A stretch of 64,000 nucleotides of DNA from Desulfobulbaceae bacterium (GCA_002868945.1 PKTX01000001.1:18310-82309); one strand, 5' to 3'; shown: positions 48,279 to 58,737, counted from the stretch's first letter. Made by a program: numbers and translations. The notes: generated from the sequence alone by a model not told the origin.

Positions 48279-49223
48279 CTATCCCTGCCGATGGGCTAAA
48301 TCAGCAAGCAAGGCCTTCATGTCGGCCGGCAGAGGGGCCGTGAACTCCAGGATTTCCGCGGTGAGCGGATGGGTGAAGGTCAGTTGCGCGGCATGCAGAC
48401 ATTGCCGTGCCACCCCCGGCCACTGGGCCTTTTTGCCGCCATAGACAGCATCACCGATAACCGGACAGCCGATATGGGCCATATGCACCCTGATCTGATG
48501 GGTACGCCCCGTCCTGATGACCAGTTGCAGCAGGGCGGCATTCTCAAAGGTTTCAAGAACCTCATACTCGCTATAGGCTGGTCGGCCGCCCTGCGTCACC
48601 ACTGCCATCTTTTTGCGATGAACGGGGTGGCGGCCGATCATGGTTTCAATAACGCCCTGCCGGTCCGGCGGTCTGCCTGCCACAATGGCCAGGTAGATTT
48701 TCCGGACCTGCCGTTGCTTGAATTGCTCCACCAGCGATTGATGGGCCAGGTCCGTTTTGGCAATCACCAATACCCCGGAGGTGTTTTTGTCGAGTCGGTG
48801 GACAATGCCGGGCCGCATGACGCCGCCGATGCCGGCAAGGTCCCGGCAGTGATGGAGGAGACCGTGCACCAGGGTGCCCTGGTTGTTGCCTGCAGCAGGA
48901 TGAACCACCACGCCGGCCTCTTTATTGATAACAATGAGCTGCTCATCCTCAAAAAGAATCCCCAGCGGCATCTTCTCCGGTTTAAGAATTAAGCGACGAG
49001 GCGAAGGAATGGTCACGGCAATATGATCATTTTCATGCACCTTGTAGCTGAGCTTGACCTCCCTGTCATTAACCGTGACATGGCCCTCCTTGATCAGTTT
49101 CTGGATCCGGGACCTTGAAAGTTCGGCAAGATGGCTGTTGCTGTGCAACACCTTGTCGAGACGGTGCCCCTGGTCATGGGGACCGGCATACATTTCATAG
49201 GTGTTGGAATAAGAGGCGTTCAT
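48279..49223 (-). CDS. rluD: 23S rRNA pseudouridine synthase, RluD family
   Basis: S4 domain plus HRLDKNTSGVLV and the RTGRTHQIRVH motif. Confidence 0.9.
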   Translation of the reverse strand: MNASYSNTYEMYAGPHDQGHRLDKVLHSNSHLAELSRSRIQKLIKEGHVTVNDREVKLSYKVHENDHIAVTIPSPRRLILKPEKMPLGILFEDEQLIVINKEAGVVVHPAAGNNQGTLVHGLLHHCRDLAGIGGVMRPGIVHRLDKNTSGVLVIAKTDLAHQSLVEQFKQRQVRKIYLAIVAGRPPDRQGVIETMIGRHPVHRKKMAVVTQGGRPAYSEYEVLETFENAALLQLVIRTGRTHQIRVHMAHIGCPVIGDAVYGGKKAQWPGVARQCLHAAQLTFTHPLTAEILEFTAPLPADMKALLADLAHRQG

Positions 49224-49470
49224 ATACAGGAGGGAGTCATGAGCCGACAGCGGCGTAGGGGAATTCAGGAAAGAGGAGCGCTATGGGGCTATATATTCCG
49301 CGGATCACGTCACGGAGGATTAACAGTGCAGAGGCTTATACCTGTTGCCGGTCCCACAAAAAAAGAGCCTGGCCTGATTGAGGCGGGGCTCTTTTTTGTG
49401 GCAATCGAGAACAGGCGAGGCGGTGAACCGCCTACAGGTCAAGATGGCGCCTTTTATTGGGGCTGGATCA

Positions 49471-49956
49471 TCAGGCAACAACAAAGATTTCGTCAATCTG
49501 CTTGGCAACCTCATCTTCATCCGCCTGATGGGCAAGGGCAATCTCGGTGACCAGCAGGGATTTTGCCGTGTCAACCATCTTGCGCTCGCCAAAGGAAAGT
49601 TCTTTGTCATGCTGCAACAGGAACAGATCACGCAACACGGCGGCGATTTCAAAAATCGAACCGGTTTTGATCTTCTCCATATATTCACGGTAGCGTTGAT
49701 TCCAGGGCTGCTGGACAATCTCGACATCGGTCTGTTTCAGGATATCAAAGACCTTATCCGCGTCAGCAGGCGACGCTATGGCCCGCAGACCCACCTTTTC
49801 GCTGGAGTTGCAGGGGATCATCACCACCATGGCGCTGTCGATGATCTTTATGACATAAAAGGATTGCTCCAAGCCTGCCATATTCTTTGTTTCAATTGCC
49901 TGAATTTCCCCAACACCGTGGGCTGGATAGACAGCCATATCGCCTTCTTTAAACAC
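49471..49956 (-). CDS. carD: CarD/CdnL-family RNA polymerase-binding regulator
   Basis: FKEGDMAVYPAHGVGEI N-terminal tudor-like domain. 161 aa. Confidence 0.9.
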   Translation of the reverse strand: MFKEGDMAVYPAHGVGEIQAIETKNMAGLEQSFYVIKIIDSAMVVMIPCNSSEKVGLRAIASPADADKVFDILKQTDVEIVQQPWNQRYREYMEKIKTGSIFEIAAVLRDLFLLQHDKELSFGERKMVDTAKSLLVTEIALAHQADEDEVAKQIDEIFVVA

Positions 49957-50219
49957 CTTGATTCTCCTCTAACAAGCGATTCCTGTCGTTCAGAATAAAG
50001 TATCTTCGCAAAAAATACTTCAATGCCAATTGAAACAATGGAGGGGGCAGGAATAGGAACTTATGATTAAGATAAAAAAATATTATAGCACAATTTAACG
50101 AAATTGCAACAAGGGATATGGATAGGGATGTAAGGTCTCGGCCTGAGGTGATTTTTTTCGACACCGATTGCCCGGCGATGCAGCAGTTTGACCTTGGTGG
50201 AAATGTGGGTTGGAAACGA

Positions 50220-50792
50220 TCAGCGTCGATGCATCTCCTGCATGGCACCGGCCAGGCCTTTTTCAGCAATAAGGCTGACCGCCTCCCCCGCCCTGGCAAT
50301 GGCGGGGGTGATCAGCTCCTGCTCATCGGCGCTGAATTTCGCCAAGACATAGCGCTCCACCGGCATGGCCAGAGGGGGTCGACCAATACCGATACGCACC
50401 CTGTTAAAGGTATTGGTGCCCAGCCGCTGGATTATGGACTTGATACCATTGTGGCCGCCCGGCCCTTTTTTTGTCGAGAGCTTGATGGTCCCGCATTGCA
50501 GGTCAAGATCATCATGGATGACGATAATGTTTTGCGGGGCGATCTTGTAGTAGGAGGCAATGGGTTCCACGGCCTCTCCGCTGAGGTTCATGAAGGTTTG
50601 TGGTTTTACCATGACGATGCCCTGGCCGGCAAGGAGACCCTTCCAGATCATGGCCTTCCACTTTGAGGCAAGGGGGCGTGCAGCGGCCTCAGTGAGCAGA
50701 CGGTCCAACACCATGAAACCGATATTGTGACGGGTGTTGCTATATTTATCGCCGGGATTGCCCAGGCCGACAATGAGATACATAGGAAACAC
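50220..50792 (-). CDS. pth: peptidyl-tRNA hydrolase
   Basis: LIVGLGNPGDKYSNTRHNIGF. Confidence 0.95.
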   Translation of the reverse strand: MFPMYLIVGLGNPGDKYSNTRHNIGFMVLDRLLTEAAARPLASKWKAMIWKGLLAGQGIVMVKPQTFMNLSGEAVEPIASYYKIAPQNIIVIHDDLDLQCGTIKLSTKKGPGGHNGIKSIIQRLGTNTFNRVRIGIGRPPLAMPVERYVLAKFSADEQELITPAIARAGEAVSLIAEKGLAGAMQEMHRR

Positions 50793-50863
50793 CTGAAAAT
50801 AAAAAAAGGCCGGAAAAAGGTCTCCCTCTTCCGGCCCAATGCAAAAACAGCTAGATCTATGTC

Positions 50864-51415
50864 TTAACCGGTTACGGTAACACAGACTGCCGCAGGACTA
50901 TCCACCAGGGTGGCCCCTGCCGGGATGGCAAGTTCGCCGACCGTAATCTTGTCATCAATCTGCAGGGGGGTAACATTAACCTCAATGCTGTCCGGGATAT
51001 CAAGGGGCTTGCCTTTCAGGTTGACGCTGTGGCGAAAGATCTCCATGTCGCCACCGGTATCAACACCCTTGGCCTTACCGGTATAGGTAACCGGCACCGG
51101 GTAGGTGTACTCATGATCCAGGTCCAGCTCATAAAAGTCAGCATGCTCAAGGCTATTGGTTACCGGATCAACCTGAATATCCTTGATCATCACATTCTTC
51201 TGCCCATCACCTTCAATGGCAAGATTCACCACGGCATTACGACGCTGCAGGGAAAAAAGTGACTTGGTGAAGGAGTGGGTGTTGAGGGTCAGGGCAACAG
51301 GCTCGGTCTTGGGACCGTAGAGGACCGCGGGAGTGAGGCCGTCACGCCGTAAGGTGCGGGCGGCGCCCTTACCGAATTTGTCTCTTAACTGTGCAGTTAC
51401 GTCAATCTGTATCAT
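50864..51415 (-). CDS. rplY: 50S ribosomal protein L25/general stress protein Ctc
   Basis: RDKFGKGAARTLRRDGLTPAVLYG. Start moved to ATG 51415. Confidence 0.9.
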   Translation of the reverse strand: MIQIDVTAQLRDKFGKGAARTLRRDGLTPAVLYGPKTEPVALTLNTHSFTKSLFSLQRRNAVVNLAIEGDGQKNVMIKDIQVDPVTNSLEHADFYELDLDHEYTYPVPVTYTGKAKGVDTGGDMEIFRHSVNLKGKPLDIPDSIEVNVTPLQIDDKITVGELAIPAGATLVDSPAAVCVTVTG

Positions 51416-51443
51416 GGGGAGGACCTCCTCGATTAATAACAAT

Positions 51444-52394
51444 CTAAACAAACAGAGAACTCACCGAGTCCTCTGAGTGAATGCAGTGTATGGCCTCGGC
51501 AAGAAGATTGGAGACGGAAAGCACCTTGATCTTGGAGCAGTTTCTCGCATTCTCCCGCAAAGGAATGGTATTTGTCACCACCATGGTGGTTATATCAGAG
51601 TCGCTGATCCGGTCAATGGCCGGACCAGACAGAACAGCATGGGAACAATAGGCATGGACCTCCTTGGCCCCTGCCTTTAAAAGCATGGTGGCAGCACCGC
51701 ACAGGGTGCCGGCCGTGTCAACCATATCGTCAAGCAGGATCGCCCTTTTGTTCTTGACATCGCCGATGACATTCATGGCCTCGGCAACATTGGCGCGCTC
51801 ACGACGTTTATCAATAATGGCCAGATCGGCATCAAGACGCTTGGCAAAGGCCCTGGTCCTCTCGACACCACCGGCGTCTGGTGAGACCATAACCACGTCA
51901 CCGTTACCGAAGCAGGTACGTATATCATCAAGGATAACAGGTGCGCAATACATATTATCAACTGGGATGCTGAAAAAACCCTGAATCTGGCCGGCATGGA
52001 GGTCCATGGTCAGGACGCGGCGGATGCCGACCGCCATCAGCATTTCAGCAACCACCTTGGCGGATATGGGTACGCGCGGCGCCACTTTGCGATCCTGCCG
52101 GGAGTAACCATAATAGGGCATGACCGCGGTGATACGGCGGGCAGAGGCGCGGCGCAGGGCATCGGCAATGAGCATCAGCTCCATGAGGTGGTAATTGACC
52201 GGTGTACAGGTGGGCTGGATAACAAAAACATCCCGACCTCGCACATTATCCTTTATTTCCACATAGGTCTCACCGTCGCTGAAGGTCTTGACCTCTCTTT
52301 CAACAAGGGGAAGAGCCAGAATCTCCGAGATATCCTGGGCAAGGGGTATATTGGCATTGCCCGAAATAAGCATTATGTCTTTCTTATCCTTCAT
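51444..52394 (-). CDS. prs: ribose-phosphate pyrophosphokinase
   Basis: [11 protein letters not shown] and the PRPP loop [12 protein letters not shown]. Confidence 0.95.
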   Translation of the reverse strand: MKDKKDIMLISGNANIPLAQDISEILALPLVEREVKTFSDGETYVEIKDNVRGRDVFVIQPTCTPVNYHLMELMLIADALRRASARRITAVMPYYGYSRQDRKVAPRVPISAKVVAEMLMAVGIRRVLTMDLHAGQIQGFFSIPVDNMYCAPVILDDIRTCFGNGDVVMVSPDAGGVERTRAFAKRLDADLAIIDKRRERANVAEAMNVIGDVKNKRAILLDDMVDTAGTLCGAATMLLKAGAKEVHAYCSHAVLSGPAIDRISDSDITTMVVTNTIPLRENARNCSKIKVLSVSNLLAEAIHCIHSEDSVSSLFV

Positions 52395-52442
52395 TACTGT
52401 CTCTTCGCCGCCCTGTCTACGTGATGATATAAAAAAAAGAAA

Positions 52443-52517
52443 TGGCTGGGGCGGTAGGATTCGAACCTACGAATGCAGGCGTCAAAGGCCTGTGTCTTAC
52501 CGCTTGACGACGCCCCA
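52443..52517 (-). tRNA. tRNA-Gln (anticodon UUG)
   Basis: Manual cloverleaf: TGGGGCG acceptor, anticodon arm CAGGC-CTTTGAC-GCCTG, GGTTCGAATCC T loop, and an encoded CCA. Confidence 0.9.
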
Positions 52518-52545
52518 ACAATTCACAAAATATATTGAAAAAGGT

Positions 52546-53487
52546 TTACGATAACTCCGGTGAGCAGGCCGCCTCATCAAGGGGATTGGTGACCATGATG
52601 CGCCAGTGCGGATACTCGACCTCTAGTCGTGCCGCGCAGGAACAGGCGTCATCTTTATCTCTAAAAAGACCGAAAACCGTGGAGCCGCTGCCGCTCATCA
52701 GGGCACCACATGATTTCTGGGCCAGCAGGGCCTCTTTAATAGTTAAAATCTCTGGATATTTAGCGATGGTGACCTGTTCAAGGTCATTAATGAGCTTAAA
52801 ATCTAAACACCTTTGTAATGCGCGGCCTAAAATATATGTTTTACCGGCTGTTGTCAACGCATAATTGGCTGTTTTTGGTGAATTCCGCCACTCATTAAGC
52901 TGTGATCTGCCGCTGAATTCTTGGGGCAGATTTGCAAAGACCCATTTGGTGGATACGGCAATTCCCGGATTCACCAGGACCAGGAAGCAGTCATGCAGGG
53001 GCGGCAGGGCCATGAGTTGTTCACCGATACCGCGGGCCCGCGCCGAGGGAAAGGGAAAGAGAAAAAAAGGCACATCCGCGCCCAGCCCGGCACCAAGGGC
53101 CATGAGACGTTGCCGGCTCAAGGGGCTACCATGCAGATGATTGAGACCCTGAAGGGTGGCGGCACAATCACTGGAGCCTCCTCCCAGGCCGGCTGCCACC
53201 GGGATCTTTTTCCTGAGGGTAATGGCCACCTGCGGCTCGCGCCCCACCTCTGCATAAAAGGCCATGGCCGCCCGGTGGACAAGGTTGGATTCGTCGGCCG
53301 GGACATCCATATCCGCACAACTGAGGCGGATCCCGACATTTCCGGTGAGACGGAGGGAGAGGTGGTCAAAGAGCGAAACCTTGTGCATCCAGGTATCGAG
53401 TTGATGATAACCGTTTGGCAGCCTGGCCAGCACCTCAAGGCTCAGGTTGACCTTGGCCGGAGCCCTGAGATCAAGGGTGGCAGTCAT
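52546..53487 (-). CDS. ispE: 4-diphosphocytidyl-2-C-methyl-D-erythritol kinase
   Basis: APAKVNL N-terminus and the GHMP motif IPVAAGLGGGSSDCAA. Confidence 0.9.
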   Translation of the reverse strand: MTATLDLRAPAKVNLSLEVLARLPNGYHQLDTWMHKVSLFDHLSLRLTGNVGIRLSCADMDVPADESNLVHRAAMAFYAEVGREPQVAITLRKKIPVAAGLGGGSSDCAATLQGLNHLHGSPLSRQRLMALGAGLGADVPFFLFPFPSARARGIGEQLMALPPLHDCFLVLVNPGIAVSTKWVFANLPQEFSGRSQLNEWRNSPKTANYALTTAGKTYILGRALQRCLDFKLINDLEQVTIAKYPEILTIKEALLAQKSCGALMSGSGSTVFGLFRDKDDACSCAARLEVEYPHWRIMVTNPLDEAACSPELS

Positions 53488-53622
53488 GGTAAGCGCATCC
53501 TTCTACTGATGGATGAAAAGGCAGGGGCCTGCGCCGGCAAATGTCAAGGGAGGGCCGCTCTCCTCGAAGTCAGATGAGCTGCCGCAAAGAAAGCGGCTGA
53601 CAGGACCATTTACGGCCAGGCA

Positions 53623-53934
53623 CTACTTGGCGACCTGAACGTAACGCATCTTCAGGTCGTAGATGAATTTCTCCAGAATATTTTTTTCCTCATCCGTGAG
53701 ATTGCCCTTTGTCTTGGCCAGTAAGAGATCCAGGGTGTCGATGGTATGTTTGGCCAGCACCAGATCTTGCGCGGTCTGACCGGTGGCCGGATCAGGGATC
53801 TCGCCCAGATGAAAAAGCGCCGAGGTGTTTAACGACATGATAAAGGCGGTAAAGGTCACCTCCGGCATAACGCATTTCCCGTCCTTAAGCACCCCGCCGG
53901 CACAGCGGCATTTTTCCTCATCCATGTCTTGCAC
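53623..53934 (-). CDS. DUF1844 domain protein
   Basis: TFTAFIMSLNTSALFHLGEIPDP...AKHTIDTLDLLLAKTKGNL is typical of DUF1844. The call is from memory. Confidence 0.6.
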   Translation of the reverse strand: MQDMDEEKCRCAGGVLKDGKCVMPEVTFTAFIMSLNTSALFHLGEIPDPATGQTAQDLVLAKHTIDTLDLLLAKTKGNLTDEEKNILEKFIYDLKMRYVQVAK

Positions 53935-53950
53935 CTTTTCCCTTTTTTAT

Positions 53951-54141
53951 GGCCATCTTGAATAATTGCTCTTGTGCCCGATTTTTCGACGCTCCGAAAA
54001 CAAAAAAACCTCACATATGCCCGAGATGCTGCACCCCGGGACACTTTCTTTCAGGGCGCGCTTTTATTTTCTATGCTTCACAAACTCAACCAGAAAAGCG
54101 AGTCTGTCAGACTCCGAAATATCTCATTATTCAAGAGACCC
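53951..54141. mobile_element. A-type MITE-like element, long copy (A3)
   Basis: Terminal inverted repeats GGCCATCTTGAATAATTGC and (complement) GGGTCTCTTGAATAATGAG, with TA next to both ends. It contains the TTTTATTTTCTATGCTTCACAAACTCAAC core plus a module shared with the 35474 copy. It occupies essentially the whole spacer and abuts the serA stop codon. Confidence 0.85.
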
Positions 54142-55730
54142 TACATATCAAGGACCATGGCGTCGGTAATATGATCCAGGGCCTGAACCGCCTCAAGTTC
54201 ATCCTTGCTGAGTAACTTGTTGGTGTTGAGGAGAATGACGTTTTTGCTGGACTCAACGCTGGCCTCCTGGCCCACGGTCATGCGGGAGATATTGACGCCC
54301 AGATTGCCGAGGGTGGTGGCCAGGGAGCCGATCACTCCCGGGACATCGTTGTTGGAGACAAAAAGCATGGGACCGTCAAGCAGGGCTTCCATCCTGAAGG
54401 AGTTGAGGCGTACCAGGCGGGGTTCTTTTTTGCCGAATACGGTACCTGCCAGTCGGTTTTCCCCGTCACTGGTTTTAACGACAATGGTCAGGAGACTGGT
54501 AAAGGCATCCGAGTCATTGGTTTTGGACTCCACCACCCTGATGCCACGATCCTTGGCAATCATCGGCGCATTAACGAAATTAACGGCATCCTGGAGAATA
54601 GGGGTAAAGAGGCCCTTCAGGAAGGAGACGGTAATCGGCGTGGTATTCATCTCAGCCAGTTCACCGTCGAACTCCAGGACGACCTCTTCGACACCGCCTT
54701 TGGCAATCTGCATATGCAGGGAGCCCATCATCTCTGCCAGGGTGGCATAGGGCCCGACCTTGGCCAGGACCTCGGCGCTGACGGAAGGCACATTAACGGC
54801 ATTGGTAACCGTGCCGTTTTTGAGGTAGTCCGCCATCTGCTCACAGATGGCCACCGCGACATTGACCTGGGCCTCGGAGGTGGAGGCGCCCAGGTGGGGG
54901 GTGCAGATGAAGTTGGGCAGAGAAAGCAGTGGTGTAGTCTCCAGAGAGGTGGGTTCCTTTTCAAAGACATCAAGGGCCGCGCCTCTGATCTCGCCGTTCT
55001 TAAGGGCCTCATAAAGGGCCTCCTCATCCACCACACCGCCCCGGGCGCAGTCAATGAACATGGCCTCCTTTTTCATGGCCTTAAACTCCTTGGTGGAGAT
55101 CAGCTTGGCCGTCTCTTTCGTGAGCGGCACATGAACGCTGAAATAATCGGAGCGCTCACACAACTCCTCCAGGCTCACCAGCTCAACCCCGAGTTTGTCG
55201 GCAATCTCCTTGGGCATATGAGGATCATAGGCAATGGTCTTCATCTTCAGACCCTTGGCGCGATCGGCAAAAATAGCGCCGATACGGCCGATACCGATGA
55301 TGCCCACCGTCTTGTTCGTCACCTCACGGCCCTGAAACTTCTTCTTGTCCCAGCCGCCCTCTTTCAAACGGGCCGTGGCCTGCGGAATATTTCTGGTCAA
55401 GGCCATCATCATGGCAATGGCATGCTCGGCAGCGGTGGTGGCATTGCCGTCCGGAGCGTTCATCACCACAATACCGCGCTTGGAGGCCTCGGGGATATCA
55501 ACATTATCCAGGCCGATACCGGCGCGACCAACGATCTTCAGGTTGTCAGCAGCTTCAATGATCTCAGCGGTAACCTTGGTGGCACTGCGGATAACCAGGC
55601 CATCATATCCACCGATAATTTTTTTGAGCTCTTCAGGGGCAAGACCGGTATTGACATCCACCTCAAGCCCGGCATCCCTAAGAATCTTTTCGCCGATGGG
55701 CTCAAGATTGTCACTGATCAAAACCTTCAT
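54141..55730 (-). CDS. serA: D-3-phosphoglycerate dehydrogenase (long form with ASB and ACT domains)
   Basis: GIIGIGRIG NAD site, 2-hydroxyacid dehydrogenase core, and a ~200-aa C-terminal regulatory region. Confidence 0.95.
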   Translation of the reverse strand: MKVLISDNLEPIGEKILRDAGLEVDVNTGLAPEELKKIIGGYDGLVIRSATKVTAEIIEAADNLKIVGRAGIGLDNVDIPEASKRGIVVMNAPDGNATTAAEHAIAMMMALTRNIPQATARLKEGGWDKKKFQGREVTNKTVGIIGIGRIGAIFADRAKGLKMKTIAYDPHMPKEIADKLGVELVSLEELCERSDYFSVHVPLTKETAKLISTKEFKAMKKEAMFIDCARGGVVDEEALYEALKNGEIRGAALDVFEKEPTSLETTPLLSLPNFICTPHLGASTSEAQVNVAVAICEQMADYLKNGTVTNAVNVPSVSAEVLAKVGPYATLAEMMGSLHMQIAKGGVEEVVLEFDGELAEMNTTPITVSFLKGLFTPILQDAVNFVNAPMIAKDRGIRVVESKTNDSDAFTSLLTIVVKTSDGENRLAGTVFGKKEPRLVRLNSFRMEALLDGPMLFVSNNDVPGVIGSLATTLGNLGVNISRMTVGQEASVESSKNVILLNTNKLLSKDELEAVQALDHITDAMVLDM

Positions 55731-56093
55731 GATATCTCCTTAATGTACATTATATATAGTATGTCGCCCCTTCAGGGCCTTATGATCTTGCCATGTCCCT
55801 GTCTGCCGGGTCGTCCAACGCATTCGCCAACCATGTGGATATGCCGGGGGTACGCTGCCGAGGCCGGGGATCAGGTCGTGTTCCGAGGAATAATCTCACC
55901 GTGCTGAGCGAGCGACATGCAACCGTCACGACATGATCATATGGCTGATAACAGGGAGAAACGGCAATATGCTGCGCCGCTCCTGGTTTGTCAAGCACAT
56001 TTCAGACTGGTTTTGCCGCAAAAAAAGGGCGGCGGCGCAGGCTGTGGCGACCTGGCAGCGCCGGATTTTACCCGGCAGATCCGCACAGGTCTG

Positions 56094-56564
56094 CTAATCG
56101 CGAAAACAGGCTGAAAAGTCGGCCGGCCCCTCATCGTCATCCATATCGTGTTCAACCATGTCGAGTCCTTGGCGCACCTTGAGCTCCTGCTTGACCATCT
56201 CCACCTTCTGTTGCACCAGATTGTCGGCAAATACCGGATTGGCCACATAGTTCATGGAGTTTCTGTTCAGGGTTGCCACCAGTTCAGCAATAACCTCATC
56301 CTTGAGCCGGTCATCAACAAAATGGCGCTCTTTGGCAAATTCATGGACCAGGACACCGTTAAAACGCTGTCGAAAGGCCTCCAGTTCCGGGCCGTGCAGG
56401 CCCGCAGCGCCCAGCCTGTCATCGGCAACCGGCAGTTCCAGGCGGCAGAGGATCTTAATATACCAACGATCTGCCGCCACCTGTTTGCCCAGGTCAAAGA
56501 TGGATACGGTGATGCCGTTATCCAGGGTCCGTGATTCAATCAGTTTTTCGCTATAGTCTTTCAT
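56094..56564 (-). CDS. hypothetical protein with acidic C-terminus
   Basis: 156-aa ORF with coding-like composition. No motif recognised. Confidence 0.45.
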   Translation of the reverse strand: MKDYSEKLIESRTLDNGITVSIFDLGKQVAADRWYIKILCRLELPVADDRLGAAGLHGPELEAFRQRFNGVLVHEFAKERHFVDDRLKDEVIAELVATLNRNSMNYVANPVFADNLVQQKVEMVKQELKVRQGLDMVEHDMDDDEGPADFSACFRD

Positions 56565-56652
56565 CTTTCTATGCTATGGTTGCTTCATTTTTTTGAAGCG
56601 GGTATATTGGCCGACTCTTGTTCCGGAAACTCTTCTTTCTAGTCACTCAATC

Positions 56653-58119
56653 ATGACCATATCGATATATAACACCAAAACAGGTAAAAAAGAACCGCTC
56701 TCCACCATCAAGGAAAAGCATATCAATCTCTATGTGTGCGGTATCACGGTGTACGACTACTGCCATCTGGGCCATGCCCGCTCCACCCTGGTCTTTGACA
56801 TGATTGTCCGCTACCTGCGCTATCGCGGCAACACAGTGACCTTTATCAGAAATTTCACCGACATTGATGACAAGATCATCAAACGCGCCGCAGAGCAAGG
56901 TACCACAACCGAGGAACTTTCCAACCGTTTTATCGAAGCCTTCCATGAAGACATGGCAAGTCTGGGCAACCTGAAACCTGATCTGGAGCCCAAGGCCACC
57001 GAACATATTCCCGAGATTGTGGATTTGATCCAAACCTTGATCGACAGGGGACTGGCCTATGAGCAGGATGGCGATGTCTACTACCGGGTGGAAAGGTTTG
57101 CCAACTATGGCGCCCTTTCCGGCCGTAATCTGGCGGATATGATGGCCGGTGCCCGTATTGCCGTGAGCGACAAGAAGGAAAACCCCATGGATTTTGTCCT
57201 CTGGAAGAGCAGTAAGCCGGGCGAACCCACCTGGGACAGTCCATGGGGAGCGGGTCGCCCCGGCTGGCATATCGAATGCTCGGCCATGTCCAAAAAATAT
57301 CTGGGCGACACCTTTGATATCCATGGCGGCGGCAAGGACCTTATCTTCCCCCATCATGAAAACGAAATTGCCCAGAGTGAAGGGGCGAGCGGCAAGCCCT
57401 TTGTCAACACCTGGATCCATCACGGCTTTGTCACCATCAAGGATGAAAAGATGTCCAAGTCCCTGGGCAACTTTCTCACCATCCGGGAGCTGCTGGAGCA
57501 ATATCCGGCCGAGGTCCTGCGCCTCTTTGTTTTTTCGGCCCATTATCGCACCCCCCTCGATTTTACCGACCAGGCCATGCAGGATGCCGAGACCGGCCTC
57601 GATCGCCTCTACGGCTGCCTGGCCACCCTGACCCGCTTGCCGCGCCAGGGGGATGCCGATGCGGCCGACACGGTGGGCAAAAAAGACCGCCAGAAGCTGG
57701 AAAAGCTGGAGGAGCGTTTCTGCAAGGCCATGGACAACGACTTTAACAGTGCCCAGGCCCTGGGCCATATCTTTGATACGGTGAAGGCCGTCAATAAGAT
57801 TGCCCAGCATCTGCCCCCTACCCCCAGCCAGCAGACCTTGGACCGCCTGCGCCAGGCCGGCGCCACCCTTAAACAACTGGGTGATTTGCTGGGCATCCTG
57901 CAGCAGGACCCGGTGGCCTACCTCACGGCCAAACAGGAGAAGATTCTGTCTGCCATTGATCTCAGCCCCCAACAGATCGAGGCGCTGATTGCCGAACGCA
58001 ACAAGGCCCGTGACGAAAAAGACTGGACCCGGGCCGATGAGATTCGGGACCGTCTCTTGAGCCGGAATATCGAAATTAAAGACGCTGCCGGCGGTACCAC
58101 CTGGCAGGTGAAAATCTAA
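56653..58119 (+). CDS. cysS: cysteine--tRNA ligase
   Basis: HIGH-type CHLGHARS and KMSKS motifs. Start moved to ATG 56653. Confidence 0.95.
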   Translation: MTISIYNTKTGKKEPLSTIKEKHINLYVCGITVYDYCHLGHARSTLVFDMIVRYLRYRGNTVTFIRNFTDIDDKIIKRAAEQGTTTEELSNRFIEAFHEDMASLGNLKPDLEPKATEHIPEIVDLIQTLIDRGLAYEQDGDVYYRVERFANYGALSGRNLADMMAGARIAVSDKKENPMDFVLWKSSKPGEPTWDSPWGAGRPGWHIECSAMSKKYLGDTFDIHGGGKDLIFPHHENEIAQSEGASGKPFVNTWIHHGFVTIKDEKMSKSLGNFLTIRELLEQYPAEVLRLFVFSAHYRTPLDFTDQAMQDAETGLDRLYGCLATLTRLPRQGDADAADTVGKKDRQKLEKLEERFCKAMDNDFNSAQALGHIFDTVKAVNKIAQHLPPTPSQQTLDRLRQAGATLKQLGDLLGILQQDPVAYLTAKQEKILSAIDLSPQQIEALIAERNKARDEKDWTRADEIRDRLLSRNIEIKDAAGGTTWQVKI

Positions 58120-58229
58120 GCAAAGATGTGACGAATGACCAACACCGCATCTTGCGGCCATCTACAGGGTGAACACATCGCTTTTGAATATGCCGCAACC
58201 GGCGGTACTGCTGATCAGTTGCCCTTTAG

Positions 58230-58635
58230 CACCCCGTTGAAAAACGTAGCGGGCGCAGCTGAGGCAAGGAAAAATGAGGCGAAAAATGCGCGCCCGCAGG
58301 AGGTAAGGGAGCCTGCGACACTCCGAGTACCTTTGGGGTGCAGTTTCCATGTGGTTCAGGCGCATTTCGGAGTCTCGCTCCGCTCGCTTAGCTCAAGCCG
58401 AATTTTAACGACGCATCAGCAGGTAGCGAACGACGAGAGACCTTGGCGCCTAGGAGCCTGCCGGACTTAGACATAAATCTACTGCAAATTCGAAAAATCG
58501 GCCCATATCCCCATGGCTTTTCGTTAAATAGCTCTGCTATTCGCCTCAAATCCATGTAAATCTGGCCTTGATTTTTCGAAATTTCGCTACGATTCTCTAA
58601 GTCCGACAGGCTCCTCGTGGTTTTTCAACTGGCTG
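58230..58635. mobile_element. D-type MITE-like element carrying a nested insertion (D3)
   Basis: Terminal inverted repeats CACCCCGTTGAAAAAC and (complement) CAGCCAGTTGAAAAACC. Flanked by the direct repeat TTAG (58226-58229 and 58636-58639). The interior is collinear with D1 except for the 164-bp insert at 58452-58615. Confidence 0.85.
58452..58615. mobile_element. E-type MITE-like element nested inside D3
   Basis: 20-bp terminal inverted repeats AGGAGCCTGCCGGACTTAGA and (complement) AGGAGCCTGTCGGACTTAGA match 19/20. There is an internal palindrome around TTCGAAAAATC. This is the only copy I saw in the window. Confidence 0.8.
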
Positions 58636-58689
58636 TTAGACATTTCCGGACAGTTACCAAAAGATGGCCCTGCAAGGGACCAATTACCC

Positions 58690-58718
58690 TTGACAAACCA
58701 GCCCCAGCTTGCTAAATA
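58690..58718 (+). promoter_or_regulatory. sigma70-like promoter for tRNA-Gln(CUG)
   Basis: TTGACA, 17-nt spacer, TAAATA. It ends 19 nt upstream of the tRNA 5' end. Confidence 0.6.
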
Positions 58719-58737
58719 AGGCATCTCGACATCGTGC

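Noticed and set aside
56647-58161. 504-aa ORF on the minus strand covering all of cysS
   Set aside because: It is exactly antisense to a gene with unambiguous HIGH and KMSKS motifs. Its product is G/A/L/H-rich low-information sequence with no motif. This is a typical shadow ORF of a moderately GC-rich genome.
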